DNA from: Mobula hypostoma
Lineage: Eukaryota
DNA: 64,000 bases
NCBI RefSeq assembly: GCF_963921235.1
Contig: NC_086101.1
Location: forward strand, 27,962,001 to 28,026,000
Direction: 5' to 3'
Shown: piece by piece, positions 1 to 12,042 of the stretch
Position numbering within the stretch: position 1 is the first letter of the stretch
Layout of the letters: every line of letters begins with the position of its first letter
The notes under the pieces: model-generated
The model's database searches: none
Seen by the model: only the letters and a program-made list of their open reading frames with translations
Told to the model about the DNA's origin: nothing
Made by a program: the position numbers and the translations under genes

Positions 1-1136
1 AAAGGAGGGAGGAGAAGATGGCGGCGCGACGCAGCGCAGGTGGCCGTTCTGAATGAATATCAATATGTGTAACTAGGGGGCCATGCACAATCCGGATTTG
101 ATGGTGTTACGTACCCCGTAACTGGGTTGCCAAACCAGCAGAAATGGATCACTCAGTTGGAGTCTGGAGTACTAGAACTAAGAAAGTTTTATTAAAGAAA
201 CAAGCAACACATTAATCGAAAGGATAATAAATGCAACAGTTCAGCGATGATAAACGCACATGTGCACAGAATTAAGATAACAGCATCAATCAAGCTCTGT
301 CGTTGTCTAGGGGTAAATGACCAATTTCAAAATGACTCAAAGTTCAGTCCAGTTTAGTAGTTCAGTTCGCAGTAATCGTTGCCATGGCGGTGGACAATGT
401 GGGGGAAGAGAGAGATAGAATAGGAACAACTCATCATTCAGAACGGCTTCACTCACAGACCAGCGAGATGGCTCACAAACAGCCTTTGGGCGGGTCCTTG
501 GTGATGTCACCTGAGGTCACCGACTGTGACCCCTCCTCCAGATGCGGTCGATCCTCTGCAGTGAACCCGGCACCCAGGCAAGGGCGGACACACACCGGGT
601 TCCCGCTGATCGTACCTTTCCACCCTGGTCGTTGTCTGGCACTTCTCACCCACTCGTGAGAAGCGTACCGCTTCCAGGGTCTCATTACCTCGGGTGGCGT
701 GTGTGTCTGTCTTAGCGAACCTGTCCCTTTTTATCCCCCTGCTGGGGTATCGCCTGTCCATCACTTCAAACAGTTCAGGGTTCAAAGGGGGGAGCCGCTC
801 CAGACAGCTCTTCCTCCCACATCCCTTCATTACACATCTCCAGACGCTGCTCCATTGTTCCTTATCTCTCCTTCCCCTGAGGGCAGGTGGCAGACCAACT
901 GCTGATGCCACTGATGCTAGCCCAGGCCAGCAAACATCTTAATCTTATGTGTATTCTCGTAACACTTCCCCCCTTTAAGGATTTTTACCGGGAGGTAAAA
1001 ATTACAAACATGACTACATTATCTGATACATACACAATATACATCTTTAACAGTTATTTAGCTAATACAGAGAATTTGAAGCTGTCAACACCTTGACAGA
1101 CAGTCATCACATTTTCTGTTCCTTTTACACGTGTTA

Positions 1137-3623
1137 TTAATAATCCCTTAGACCAGGCTCCAACTCAGCAAACTTCATAGTGGCCAAAAACACTGATGAA
1201 TTTCGACCAATGTAACCTCTCATTTGGTTTTGTCCCGGACCACAATAACAAGGGTCGTCCCATTCCGACTCAGTTTTCTCTCGCAAGGGCTTAGTAGGAG
1301 GGGGACGGGTATTGACCGCAGAGTTATTGCAAAACTTCCTGCAGTACCCCACCATCTCCAAGAGCCTTCTGAGGGCCCTCTTGTCTGTCGGGGTTGGGAG
1401 GTCAGCGATAGCCTGCACTGTAGCTTGCATCACTGCCAGCTGCCCCTGTGTCACCACAATTCCCAGGTAAGTGACTCTCGTGTGGCCGAATTCATTTTTT
1501 CCAAGGCTCACTATCACGCTGGCTTCAGACAGCCGTGTTAAATTGCCAATACACACCTCTGTGTTCATCAGCCCTTTAGTCACTGAATTACTCAAAAAAT
1601 ATGGGTGTTGTTTGCTTGGCTGCCCTATTGTAACCGACATAACCCAACGTCCCAGTTCTTTGCATTTCCTCGGGACAATCAAACACATGGGTGCGAGTCG
1701 TTTAATTACTCCTTCGGGGATTAAGGGAGAGACCTTATCAGTAGACCTGGCCAAAACAATAGCCTTCTCCCATCTGACCGATCCCATCCTAATCTTTTCA
1801 AAATGGTTTTTTCCTCTTATCAAGGGGCCCCTAGCTTCATTGATTTCCACGCTAACACCGACTAGGTTTGTTAGCATATCAAAAGCCGGTGACCGTCTCA
1901 GTTCGCGTCGGTCATGATCAATAACATTCTTCCCCCTGGGCAGCCGGTAAATCTCTTTCATGATTCCACCAACTGTTTCCTCCAGCACCGCAAAATGTCC
2001 ACCGGGGGGTACCTCGTGGGCCATGTTAAAAACCTCATCCCCATAACTCTTTTGCACCACCCCCCACTCCTCATCTGCGGGTACTGTACTTGATTTCCCT
2101 TTCTTCCTTAGCACTTCCTCGTCCGCACAATAGTTTGTCAAGGCTGTGTCAGAGAGAGCGGTCTCGGCAAAAACCATCAGCCCCTCGTCTCGCTCCTGCG
2201 TCTGCACAAATTCTTTCCTGGCTACTGCTACGTCCGTCCCAGCTCCCTCACTACCTCTTATCTCACTACACCCTGTCTCATACAAGGTTGGCAGAAATGT
2301 TTCAGCCAAATTCACCATCGCGGGCGGGGCCTCCATGCTGGCAGGCTGACCCGTCAATCTCACGACTGGGAACACGATTCCTCCGGCGATGTCATTACCG
2401 AGCAAGACTTCCACGTCTTTCATCGGTAATTCGGACCTCACCCCGATCGTGACTAGTCCAGAGACCAGGTTGCTCTGTAAATGTATCTGGTGCAAAGGGA
2501 CTGACTCTGTCCCTTCCCCAACACCTTTGACCTCTACCTCCCCAGTCTGGGTCTCTGAGCTAAACTCTAATACACTCTTCAGTATTAGTGACTGACACGC
2601 TCCCGTGTCTCTCCAGATCCGCACTGGAACTGGTTTTAACCTCTTTTTCACTGACACCAGTCCGGCCGAGATAAACCTCTCGCGCCCTTCCTGGACTTTT
2701 TCAGACCTGTCCTTCCCTAGCGGTTCGCTTAACAGCTCAATACAGCCATTCAAAATTTCCGCTTTTCCTTTCCCCGTCTCCTTCCTTGGGGCAAAGCACC
2801 TGGACGCAAAGTGTCCGACTTTCCCACAATTATAACAGACGACCCCAGGAGACTTCCTACCAGACTGCTCCCGGTCTACCTTATCCTTTTCACTAGTCCC
2901 CGGCTTACTTTCTGACTTTTCCGGCGGACTCTCCCCGCCGTCCTGACTACCCTTCTGGTAGCCTTTACTCGGGGCAAACTTCATTTTATGCGTCAACGCA
3001 TACTCATCCGCTAACTTAGCAGTTGCGGCTAACGTGGCTGCCTCTTTCTCATCGAGGTAGGGTCTCATACCCTCAGGGACACAACCTTTAAACTGCTCAA
3101 TCAGAATCAGCTGCAGCAGTCTGTCATAATCCCCCTCTACCCCTTTCGAGGCGCACCAACGCTCACAATATGTTTGCATCTCGCGAGCAAACTCCAAATA
3201 CGTGCGGTCCCACTGCTTCCTCGCATTCCGGAACCTCTGCCGGTATGCCTCCGGGACCAACTCATAAATCCTGAGGATGGCCTCCTTCACCACCTCATAC
3301 TTCTGGGCATCTTCCGCGGATAAAGCGGAGTAAGCTTGTTGGGCTTTCCCTTTCAGTACACTCTGAAGTAAAACAACCCACTTATCCCTCGGCCAGTCCT
3401 GACTTATAGCTACTTTTTCGAAGTGGAGAAAGTACCGATCCACATCGGTATCGTCAAATGGGGGAACCAGCCTAACCTCCTGGGTCGCCCGGAACCCTCC
3501 ACCTTGGTTCGGCACGAGCCCCTGCTCGGCCCTTATCTTTAACTTCTCCAGCTCAAATTCCCTTTCCCTCTGTTTCTCCTCTCTCTCCAACTGCCTGTCC
3601 CTCTCTCTCTCTTCTCTCTCCAA
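1137..3623 (-). CDS. Gag (SCAN-like + CCHC knuckle)-protease with degenerate integrase and RT remnants
   Basis: EAYRQRFR...LILIEQF SCAN-like block; CYNCGKVGHFASRC zinc knuckle; RDTGA protease motif; AHEVPPGGHF integrase Zn-region remnant precedes RT-thumb remnant (VTYLGIVV...RRLLEMVGYCRKFC), i.e. Gmr1 order; YxDD position reads CIGN. Confidence 0.85.
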   Translation of the reverse strand: MEREERERDRQLEREEKQREREFELEKLKIRAEQGLVPNQGGGFRATQEVRLVPPFDDTDVDRYFLHFEKVAISQDWPRDKWVVLLQSVLKGKAQQAYSALSAEDAQKYEVVKEAILRIYELVPEAYRQRFRNARKQWDRTYLEFAREMQTYCERWCASKGVEGDYDRLLQLILIEQFKGCVPEGMRPYLDEKEAATLAATAKLADEYALTHKMKFAPSKGYQKGSQDGGESPPEKSESKPGTSEKDKVDREQSGRKSPGVVCYNCGKVGHFASRCFAPRKETGKGKAEILNGCIELLSEPLGKDRSEKVQEGRERFISAGLVSVKKRLKPVPVRIWRDTGACQSLILKSVLEFSSETQTGEVEVKGVGEGTESVPLHQIHLQSNLVSGLVTIGVRSELPMKDVEVLLGNDIAGGIVFPVVRLTGQPASMEAPPAMVNLAETFLPTLYETGCSEIRGSEGAGTDVAVARKEFVQTQERDEGLMVFAETALSDTALTNYCADEEVLRKKGKSSTVPADEEWGVVQKSYGDEVFNMAHEVPPGGHFAVLEETVGGIMKEIYRLPRGKNVIDHDRRELRRSPAFDMLTNLVGVSVEINEARGPLIRGKNHFEKIRMGSVRWEKAIVLARSTDKVSPLIPEGVIKRLAPMCLIVPRKCKELGRWVMSVTIGQPSKQHPYFLSNSVTKGLMNTEVCIGNLTRLSEASVIVSLGKNEFGHTRVTYLGIVVTQGQLAVMQATVQAIADLPTPTDKRALRRLLEMVGYCRKFCNNSAVNTRPPPTKPLREKTESEWDDPCYCGPGQNQMRGYIGRNSSVFLATMKFAELEPGLRDY

Positions 3624-3700
3624 CTGTCTTTCTCTCTCTTGCCTTTCTACCTCTTTCTCTCTCTCCCGCCTTTCTAACTCTTTCTCTCTCTCCCGCCTTT

Positions 3701-4123
3701 CTAACTCTCTTTCTCCTGCCTTTCTAACTCTCTCTCTTTCTCCCGCCTTTCTAACTCTCTCTCCTGCCTTTCTAACTCTCTCTCTTTCTCCCGCCTTTCT
3801 AACTCTCTCTCCTGCCTTTCTAACTGCTTCTCTTCGTGTTCTAACTGCCGTACCCGGAACTCGTGCTCGAGTCTCAGTTTTTCAAGCTGTACCTGTACCG
3901 CGTCTCCAGCAGGTTTTTCAATAGACACCACCCCCAGCTCACCTTGGGGAAACACACCTTTAGATACATAGTGCTCTACAATAGCTCTGTGTATCTCCTC
4001 TCTCCTCATTGTCGACTTCACCTTAGCAAGATTCACCCGTTTGGCCACAGCTATCAATTCCGATTTCCTGGCATCCTCTAATGCCTCCAAGGTCGGCGCC
4101 TTTATAAATTCCTCAACCTCCAT
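3701..4123 (-). CDS. Retrotransposon gag N-terminal coiled-coil segment; separated from the main ORF by a frameshift in a CT-rich tandem repeat
   Basis: ORF MEVEEFIKAPTLEAL... ends in E/R-rich repeats that continue at the start of ORF 1137-3623. Confidence 0.75.
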   Translation of the reverse strand: MEVEEFIKAPTLEALEDARKSELIAVAKRVNLAKVKSTMRREEIHRAIVEHYVSKGVFPQGELGVVSIEKPAGDAVQVQLEKLRLEHEFRVRQLEHEEKQLERQERELERREKERELERQERELERREKERELERQEKES

Positions 4124-5879
4124 TTCTGCTGTTTGTCTTTTCTTTCTTTCGGGAATTTTAACCCAATCAATTTACTCCGTCCCAAATTTAGCGTTCAAAA
4201 TCGCGGACGAGAACCCCACTTATGTTACGTACCCCGTAACTGGGTTGCCAAACCAGCAGAAATGGATCACTCAGTTGGAGTCTGGAGTACTAGAACTAAG
4301 AAAGTTTTATTAAAGAAACAAGCAACACATTAATCGAAAGGATAATAAATGCAACAGTTCAGCGATGATAAACGCACATGTGCACAGAATTAAGATAACA
4401 GCATCAATCAAGCTCTATCGTTGTCTAGGGGTAAATGACCAATTTCAAAATGACTCAAAGTTCAGTCCAGTTTAGTAGTTCAGTTCGCAGTAATCGTTGC
4501 CATGGCGGTGGACAATGTGGGGGAAGAGAGAGATAGAATAGGAACAACTCATCATTCAGAACGGCTTCACTCACAGACCAGCGAGATGGCTCACAAACAG
4601 CCTTTGGGCGGGTCCTTGGTGATGTCACCTGAGGTCACCGACTGTGACCCCTCCTCCAGATGCGGTCGATCCTCTGCAGTGAACCCGGCACCCAGGCAAG
4701 GGCGGACACACACCGGGTTCCCGCTGATCGTACCTTTCCACCCTGGTCGTTGTCTGGCACTTCTCACCCACTCGTGAGAAGCGTACCGCTTCCAGGGTCT
4801 CATTACCTCGGGTGGCGTGTGTGTCTGTCTTAGCGAACCTGTCCCTTTTTATCCCCCTGCTGGGGTATCGCCTGTCCATCACTTCAAACAGTTCAGGGTT
4901 CAAAGGGGGGAGCCGCTCCAGACAGCTCTTCCTCCCACATCCCTTCATTACACATCTCCAGACGCTGCTCCATTGTTCCTTATCTCTCCTTCCCCTGAGG
5001 GCAGGTGGCAGACCAACTGCTGATGCCACTGATGCTAGCCCAGGCCAGCAAACATCTTAATCTTATGTGTATTCTCGTAACAATGGGGACAGCCTTGAGA
5101 AGTGCAGAGGAACATCTGGCGTAACTTCTGAAATGCCTGCTTCGCTGCCGCTGCTACTGTGCGATCGAGAATCTCCGGAGACGAAGGCCCCAAATCCTCG
5201 GCTTTGCGCATCGCCTGTTGCCGGGGTCAAAATGCTCAGCAGAGGTGGTGCTCGGTGCTCGGTGTCGAATAGGTGGTCGGAGGCTCAGAGTTTTTCGGAC
5301 AGACTCGGAGTCAGACTGTGGTCAGATGCTTCCAGGATGCTGCATCGGTAAGTTGGCTGCGCTGGAGGTTTACCGTCTGCGTGAGATGATGGGACTTTCG
5401 AGAGACTCTGAGACTTTTACTGTGTCATGTTCTGTTCTTATAAATTACGGTATTGCTTTGCACTGTTATAACTATATGTTATAATTATGTGGTTTTTGTT
5501 AGTTTTTAAGTCGGTTTGTCATGTGTTTTCGTGATATTATTCTGGAAAAACATTTTTATCATTTCTTAATGCATGTGTTACTAAATGACAATAAAAGGGG
5601 ACTGCTTGTCCTCATGATCATAATCATAATCATAATTAAATGCTGAGCTATAGTACAGCATCCTGACATAGGTGTTTGTGTTATCCAGGTGGTCTAAAGC
5701 CATGTGAAGAGCCATTGAGATTGCATCTGCTGTTGACCTATTGTGGCGATAGGCAAATTACAATGGGTCCAGGTTCTTGCTGAGGCAGGAGTTCAGTCTA
5801 GTCATGACCAACCTCTCAAAGCCTTTCATCGCTGTAGATGTGAGTGCTACCGGGCGATAGTCATTAAGGCAGCTCACGT

Positions 5880-6780
5880 TATTCTTCTGGCTGAAAATTT
5901 GGCTGAGTGGTGCCACAACAAAAACCGCTTACTCAATGTCAGCAAGACCAAGGAGCTGGTTAATGACTGGGGGGAGGAAACTGGAATCCATGAGCATGTC
6001 TTTATCAGAGAATCAGAGGTGGAGAAGGTGACCAACTCTGAATTCCTTGGTGTTATCCTTTCAGAGGACCTGTCCTGGGTGCAGTGTGTAAGTGCAATTT
6101 TGAAAAAAGTAAGGCAGCACATGTGCTTCCTTAGCAGTTTGTGAAGATTCGGCATAACGTCTAAAACTTTGTCAAATTTCTGTATGATGGAGAACATATT
6201 GACTGGCTGCATCACAGCCTGGTATGGAAACACCAATGCCCTAGATCGGAAAATCCTACAAAAAGTAATGGATACCAACCAGTCCATCATGGCTAAACCA
6301 CTCCCCACCACTCTACACATCTCTACAAAGTGCTATCGCAGGAAAGCAACATCCACCATCAGCAATCCCCACCACCTAGATCATGCTCTCGTTCCACTGC
6401 TGCTCTCAGGTGCAGGAGCCTCAGGACTCGCACCACCAGGTTATAGAACAGTTACTACTCCTCAACCATCAGGCTCTTGAACCAAAGAGAATATAGTAAA
6501 ATCACTCAAATTCACTTGCCCTTTTATTGAGATGTTCCCACAACCGATCGGCTCACATTCAAGGACTCTTCATCTCATGTTCTCAATATTTATTGCTTAT
6601 TTATTTATGTTATTATTATTATTATTATTATTTTTCTTTCTTTTCGTATTTGCAGTTTGTTGTCTTTTACATACAGTTTGTTGGTGCAGTCTTTCATTGA
6701 TTCTACTATGGTTATTAGATTTACCGAGTATGCCCACAAGAAAATGACTCTCAGGGTTGTATATGGTTACTTTGATAATC
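5880..6780 (+). mobile_element. Rex1/Babar-like LINE 3' fragment
   Basis: [17 protein letters not shown] and ENILTGCITAWYGNTNALDRKILQKV motifs, frameshifted. Confidence 0.75.
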
Positions 6781-7799
6781 AATTTACTTTGAACTTTGAA
6801 GTCAAGAGGAAGGCCTTATCTCTTGATGGATGTGCCCAGATGGTAGTAACGAGATGAGGGAGATGAGGGATGGTGAGGGTCCTTAATGAGGGGCACTGCC
6901 CAGTTCAGGCAGTGCCTCTTGAAAATGCCCTCAATGCTGGAGAGGCTCATGCCTGTGATGGTATGACCCTCAGCACAAAGAGAAAGTAAGCTAAAGTTGT
7001 AGAATCAAGCATTAGATGCAGAAGACTTCAACGTACCCAGATGGAAGGTGAGGTGCTGTTCCTCAACTTGCCCTGGGCTTTGTTGTGACAGAGTTTACAA
7101 ACAGAAAGGCCGGAGGGAGGGGAGTTGAGGTGGGACAGATCAAAGATATGAAGGCAAAGTCACTGAGCATTTTCAAGGCAAGCATTTGAACAAATCTGGG
7201 CGGAAATGGAGAGAGGGTGCTCTGGTGGTGCTGAAGCCGAGATTGGATCAACCATGACAGTACTGAGTGGTGGAACAGCTCAAAGGTATGACTGCTCGAG
7301 TTCAGAGTGGTGGGCTTCCCATTTCCCCTGGGGCTCCAGGATAGGAATGGAAGTGCCACTCAGGAACAGAGAATGATATCCCCAGGATCTTGTGGGAAGC
7401 CAACGCTCTCAAAAGTCAGCTCTGATGAGGGCTCATGAGCTGGGAGAGTTTGTGGCTGAGCCCAGTGAACAGATTGAGGCAACTACTGGCAACCAGGTGA
7501 CAGGGTGAAGACCAGCTTCTGAAGCTCGGAGCGACCTGTGGGCTGAGGAAGGGTTCAAGGGGGAGGAGGTGACAGAGAACTTCATCTCCAAGGCAGGGCA
7601 GAACACACTGTGGTCCCTAGAAAAGCTTAGTATCTGGACATTGGCTCAGGTGTTGGAGGAATGGGGTTCACTGTGCTTGCATGGGTTTGTGGGACTGTGA
7701 ATGGACGCCCTTTCTCCCAGAGCCTGTGTCCACTCCCCTTTCTTTACTACACACCCAAGAAGAGCCACAAAGTAAGGAGGTGGCAGCAATGAACTCCTG

Positions 7800-7925
7800 C
7801 AGGTTAGCACGGTGGCCCAACAGGTAGAGTTGCATCCTCATGACCCCCGAGACCTGCGTTCGATCCAAATACCTGGCACTGAATCTCTGGAGTTTTCATT
7901 TTCTCCCTATGACTGCGTGTGTTAC
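7800..7925 (+). mobile_element. tRNA-derived SINE 5' fragment
   Basis: GCACGGTGGCCCAACAGGTAGAG...GTTCGATCC box A/B-like head. Confidence 0.55.
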
Positions 7926-8454
7926 CATAAGAGCAGAAACGGGAGTTGACTTAGCCTGTTCAATCATGGTCTGCTCTGCTAGACGATCATGGCTGATTAT
8001 TTTTAACCCCATTCTCCACCTTCTCCTGGTAAAACTTAACCTTCTCACCAGTCAATAACATTTCAATCTCTGCCTTAAATCCATTCATTGACTTGGCCTC
8101 CACAGTCCTCTATGATAAGGAAATCCACAGATTCACCATTCGACTGAAGGAATCCCTCCTCATCTCCGTTCCAAAGGGACATCCCTTTATTCTGAGGCTG
8201 TGCCCTCTGATGCTCTCCATGGCCACTCCACACAGGCCTTTCAGTATCAAGTAGCTTTCAAGGAGATGCCACCTCCCCTCCAACTTTCTGAACTTCATCG
8301 AGTACAGGCCTGGAGGCATCAAACACCCTTCTTATGTTAAACCTTTCATCCTGGGATCATTCTCGTAAACCTTCTCTGGACCCTCCCCAACACCAGCACA
8401 TCCTTCATTAGATGCAGAGCCCAGAATTGATCACAATACTTCAAACGTGCATCA

Positions 8455-8785
8455 CAGTAGTTTAGCAGTCAGTGCTTCACTTTCGAGCACCAGCAGTTAT
8501 CAATTAGAGTTTGATTCTCGCCATTGTCCGAAAGGAGTTTGTATGTTCTCCCCATGACCGTGTGGGTTTCCTCCGGGTGCTCCAGTTTCCTCCCACATTC
8601 CTAAGTTGTGCAGGGTGGTAGATTAATTGGCCGCTGACCCAGAGTGTATTTGAAGGGTAGAACCTGAGGGGAAGTGATGGGAATGAGGGGAGAATAAAAA
8701 ACTATAGGATTAATGTAAATGGGTGGTTGAGGATCAGCACAAATCTGATGGGCTGAAGGGCCTGTTTTCAGGCTGTATATCTCTC
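8455..8785 (+). mobile_element. V-SINE/HE1-like SINE
   Basis: TTTGTATGTTCTCCCCATGACCGTGTGGGTTTCCTCCGGGTGCTCCAGTTTCCTCCCACA central domain and a CR1-like tail. Confidence 0.7.
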
Positions 8786-10227
8786 TGACCAGGAGGGAGG
8801 GGACGACTGGAACCTTCTCCCTCAGTATCTGTGGAGGCCACACAGGAACTTCTGACTCCAGGATCATGATGTGCACTTAAGAGCGAGGCTTGTAGAAATT
8901 TCTTCATGTTCAAGTCTATTGTTATCTCTCGCTGGCTATCCATCCCATAGGATGATGGTGGTTCCTTTCAGTCAGTTAGCGGGGTGGTACCCTGCTCCTC
9001 AGAAAGGAATGGCGTGTGCCTGAGTGGATTTTAGGTGAGTAGGGGGTTGCACAGGTCCAGACCCACCCTCTCGACATCCCCTCCCGGATCCAGCGGCATG
9101 GTGGGGTCCAAGATGGCTGGGGGAAGTTCTGTTGCAGTGAATGGCCAGACCAAGCTTCGATGTGAGGGATGCCCTTTCCGCGCTTTACGGCATGTGTTTG
9201 CTAGATGGCCGTCGACCCTACGAGAGGGTTCATCCGCCCTTTGACAGGTCTTGTTTTTCGTCCTGCAGGGTGTCTCGCCACCCTCCTCAGCAGGCAAGCC
9301 TATTGGGGGAGCCGGTTTAGACGCTGACCGCCGACCATGCGACGGGTAGTACTGGGTTCCGTGGTACCAGTAGCACTCAGACAAGTGACCTGACCTGGTT
9401 ATAGGCATTCTTACACAGGATAAATGCCATAAAATTATCATTGTGCAACAGTAACATGGTATGTTACAAGACAAGGATAAGCATAAGTTAACATAAATTT
9501 GAATTAACAGAAACTAAACAAAACTTGCATAAATGCAAGTATTTTAGTGACATACTGAATCTCCTTAAATTCTTAATGAAGTATAGCCATTGGCTTGCTA
9601 TCTTTAAGATTGCATTTAAGACTTCAATGGGCACTGGTGTGTGTTCTGACTTCCCCTCTTGAAGGCAAATTTCAGTTCCTTGATCATACTGATGTGTGCA
9701 AGCTTGTTGCCACACAATTCAACGATGCAATCTACCTCGCTCGTTGATTCTACCAACAGTGGCATCATCGGTGACGTTTGAGCTGTGCTTAGCCTCACAG
9801 TCAGTGTGCAGAGAGCGTAGAGCAGCGGGCTAAGCCCCCATACTGGAGGTATGCCTCTGCTGACTGTCAGTGAGGACATGTTATTTCCAATCTGGACTGA
9901 CTGTGGCCTCCCAATGAGGAAATCAAGGATCCAATTGCAGAGGTACAGAAGCCCAGGTTTTGAAGCCTGGTTGTAAGTACAGAGGGGATGGTGGTGTTGA
10001 ATGCCATTCTGTAAGTGGTCTGACATGGGTATTACAGTTGTCCAGGTGCTCCAAAGCAGTGTCACCAGTTGCAAGTAAAATTTTCATTGCACGCGTGCGT
10101 ATGTGTACTTGTATTTGTGTATATGGCAATAAACTTGATTTTGATTTTGACAACACAACAGAGGAAGCACAAATCAGGTCTCTGACTGTGTCTTTCAATC
10201 TCATTAGCAAACAAATTCCAGGCTCAA

Positions 10228-11045
10228 CAACAGGAATTCTGCAGATGCTGGAAATTCAAGCAACACACATCAAAGTTGCTGGTGAACGCAGCAGGCCAGG
10301 CAGCATCTGTAGGAAGAGGTGCAGTCGACGTTTCAGGCCGAGACCCTTTGTCAGGACTAACTGAAGGAAGAGTGAGTAAGGGATTTGAAAGTTGGAGGGG
10401 GAGGGGGAGATGCAAAATGATAGGAGAAGACAGGAGGGGGAGGGATAGAGCCAAGAGCTGGACAGGTGATAGGCAAAAGGGGATACGAGAGGATCATGGG
10501 ACAGGAGGTCCAGGAAGAAAGACAAGGGGGGGGGGACCCAGAGGATGGGCAAGAGGTATATTCAGAGGGACAGAGGGAGAAAAAGGAGAGTGAGAGAAAG
10601 AATGTGTGCATAAAAAACCACACTCAGGTTGGAGGAACAACACCTTATATTCCGTCTGGGTAGCCTCCAACCTGATGGCATGAACATCGACTTCTCTAAC
10701 TTCCGCTAAGGCCCCACCTCCCCCTTGTACCCCATCTGTTACTTATTTTTATGCACACTTTCTTTCTCTCACTCTCCTTTTTCTCCCTCTGTCCCTCTGA
10801 ATATACCTCTTGCCCATCCTCTGGGTCCTCCCCCCTTGTCTTTCTTCCCGGACCTCCTGTCCCATGATCCTCTCGTATCCCTTTTGCCAATCACCTGTCC
10901 AGCTCCTGGCTCCATCCCTCCCCCTCCTGTCTTCTCCTATCATTTTGGATCTCCCCCTCCCCCTCCCCCTCCAACTTTCAAATCCCTTACTCACTCTTCC
11001 TTCAGTTAGTCCTGACGAAGGGTCTCGGCCTGAAACGTCGACTGC
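10228..11045. mobile_element. Penelope-like element, inverted pair of terminal (pseudo-LTR) segments
   Basis: Minus copy then plus copy of the same terminus; 17-bp flanking duplication ACAAATTCCAGGCTCAA (10211-10227, 11046-11062). Confidence 0.85.
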
Positions 11046-11931
11046 ACAAATTCCAGGCTCAAATCTTTTGCCCATTCACAAAGACGTGGCAGCACTTCTA
11101 CTTTCATGGAAGTTCGTGCAGAGTCGGCATGTCATCTAGAACGCTGACCAGCCTTTGTGGATGCACTGTGGAGGGTACCCTGACTGGTTGCCTCACAGTG
11201 CAGTACAGGAACTCCAATGCCCAAGAATGGAAAAGCCTCCGAACAGTAGTGGATACAGTCCAGAGGAAAAGCCCTTCCCACCACTGAGCACATTTACAAG
11301 GAGCACTGCCACAAGAAAGCAGCATCTGCCATCTCGGAACCCCACAGTCTGGGCCAAGCTCTATTCTCACTGATGCCATTGGGAAGGAGGTACAGATATC
11401 TTAGGTCCCACACCGTCAGGTTCAGGAATAGTTACTACTCTTCAACAATCAGGCTCCTGATCCAGTGTGGATAACCTCACTCACTTCTGCACTGAACTGA
11501 TTCGCTAACCTGTGGGCTCACTTTCAAGGACTCTACAACTCAACTTATATCCTTGATATTACAAACGTTTGTATTTTATATTATTTTTGTACTGTATTTG
11601 CACAGTTTGCGATCTTTTGCACATTGGTTGTTGGTCAGTCTTTGTGTGTAATATTTTCAATGATTCGATTGTAATTCTTAACAGTACAAGGTACGTGGAG
11701 CTTAGAAAAATAGAGGGCTATGGGTAACCCGAGGTAACTTCTAAAGTACGTGTTCGGCACAGCATTGTGGGCCGAAGGGCCTGTATTGAGCTCCAGGTTT
11801 TCGATGTTTCTATGTTTATTTGTTCTACCCGCAAGAAACTGAATTTTAGAGTAGTATATGATGACACAACTTGCTTTGGTAATGAACTGATTTTGAAGTT
11901 TTGAGCTCACCGCTCCCTCAGTGCTCTTCTA

Positions 11932-11974
11932 CCCGGAGACTGGTGACACGCCGTCTACTGATGTTTCTGATTGG
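11932..11974 (+). promoter_or_regulatory. MHC-type X1-X2-Y promoter module of gene A
   Basis: CCCGGAGAC (X1-like), TGGTGACAC (X2/CRE-like), then CTGATTGG (Y box) starting 35 bp after X1; same motifs and spacing upstream of gene B. Confidence 0.75.
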
Positions 11975-12004
11975 ACCAAAACCTTATATGGTTATATGCC
12001 GGTT

Positions 12005-12016
12005 AGTTTCGCTTCT
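12005..12016 (+). promoter_or_regulatory. ISRE (interferon-stimulated response element) of gene A
   Basis: AGTTTCGCTTCT; one mismatch from the class I ISRE AGTTTCACTTCT; ends 26 bp before the ATG. Confidence 0.65.
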
Positions 12017-12042
12017 GTCGTGAATCTTTTCAGTTCCGAGAA

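Larger units (their letters stand above)
105..5082 (-). mobile_element. Gypsy/Ty3 LTR retrotransposon (Gmr1-type, SCAN-like gag), internally deleted and non-autonomous
   Basis: Two 860-bp LTRs (105-964, 4223-5082; offset 4118) bounded by TGTTACG...CGTAACA; 4-bp TSD ATGG (101-104, 5083-5086); polypurine tract on the minus strand at 965-976; tRNA-Pro-like PBS (TGGGGTTCTCGTCCGCGAT on minus) next to the 5' LTR at about 4200-4218. Confidence 0.95.
1..5620 (+). repeat. Unclassified interspersed repeat (1-104 plus 5083-5620) split by the LTR element; other copies at about 34695-35340 and 50225-50640
   Basis: Rejoining the flanks gives GATTTGATGG|GGACAG...GAGGAACATCTGG, which matches the two other copies; ends in an (ATCATA)n tail. 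Confidence 0.7.

Noticed and set aside
384-1096. Duplicated small ORFs (also 4502-5060) as genes
   Set aside because: They lie within the two LTRs and are identical only because of the LTR duplication.
6800-7700. Exons of a third class I paralogue upstream of gene A
   Set aside because: No class I, TM or tail motif with plausible splice sites was found; recognisable parts are LINE remnants.
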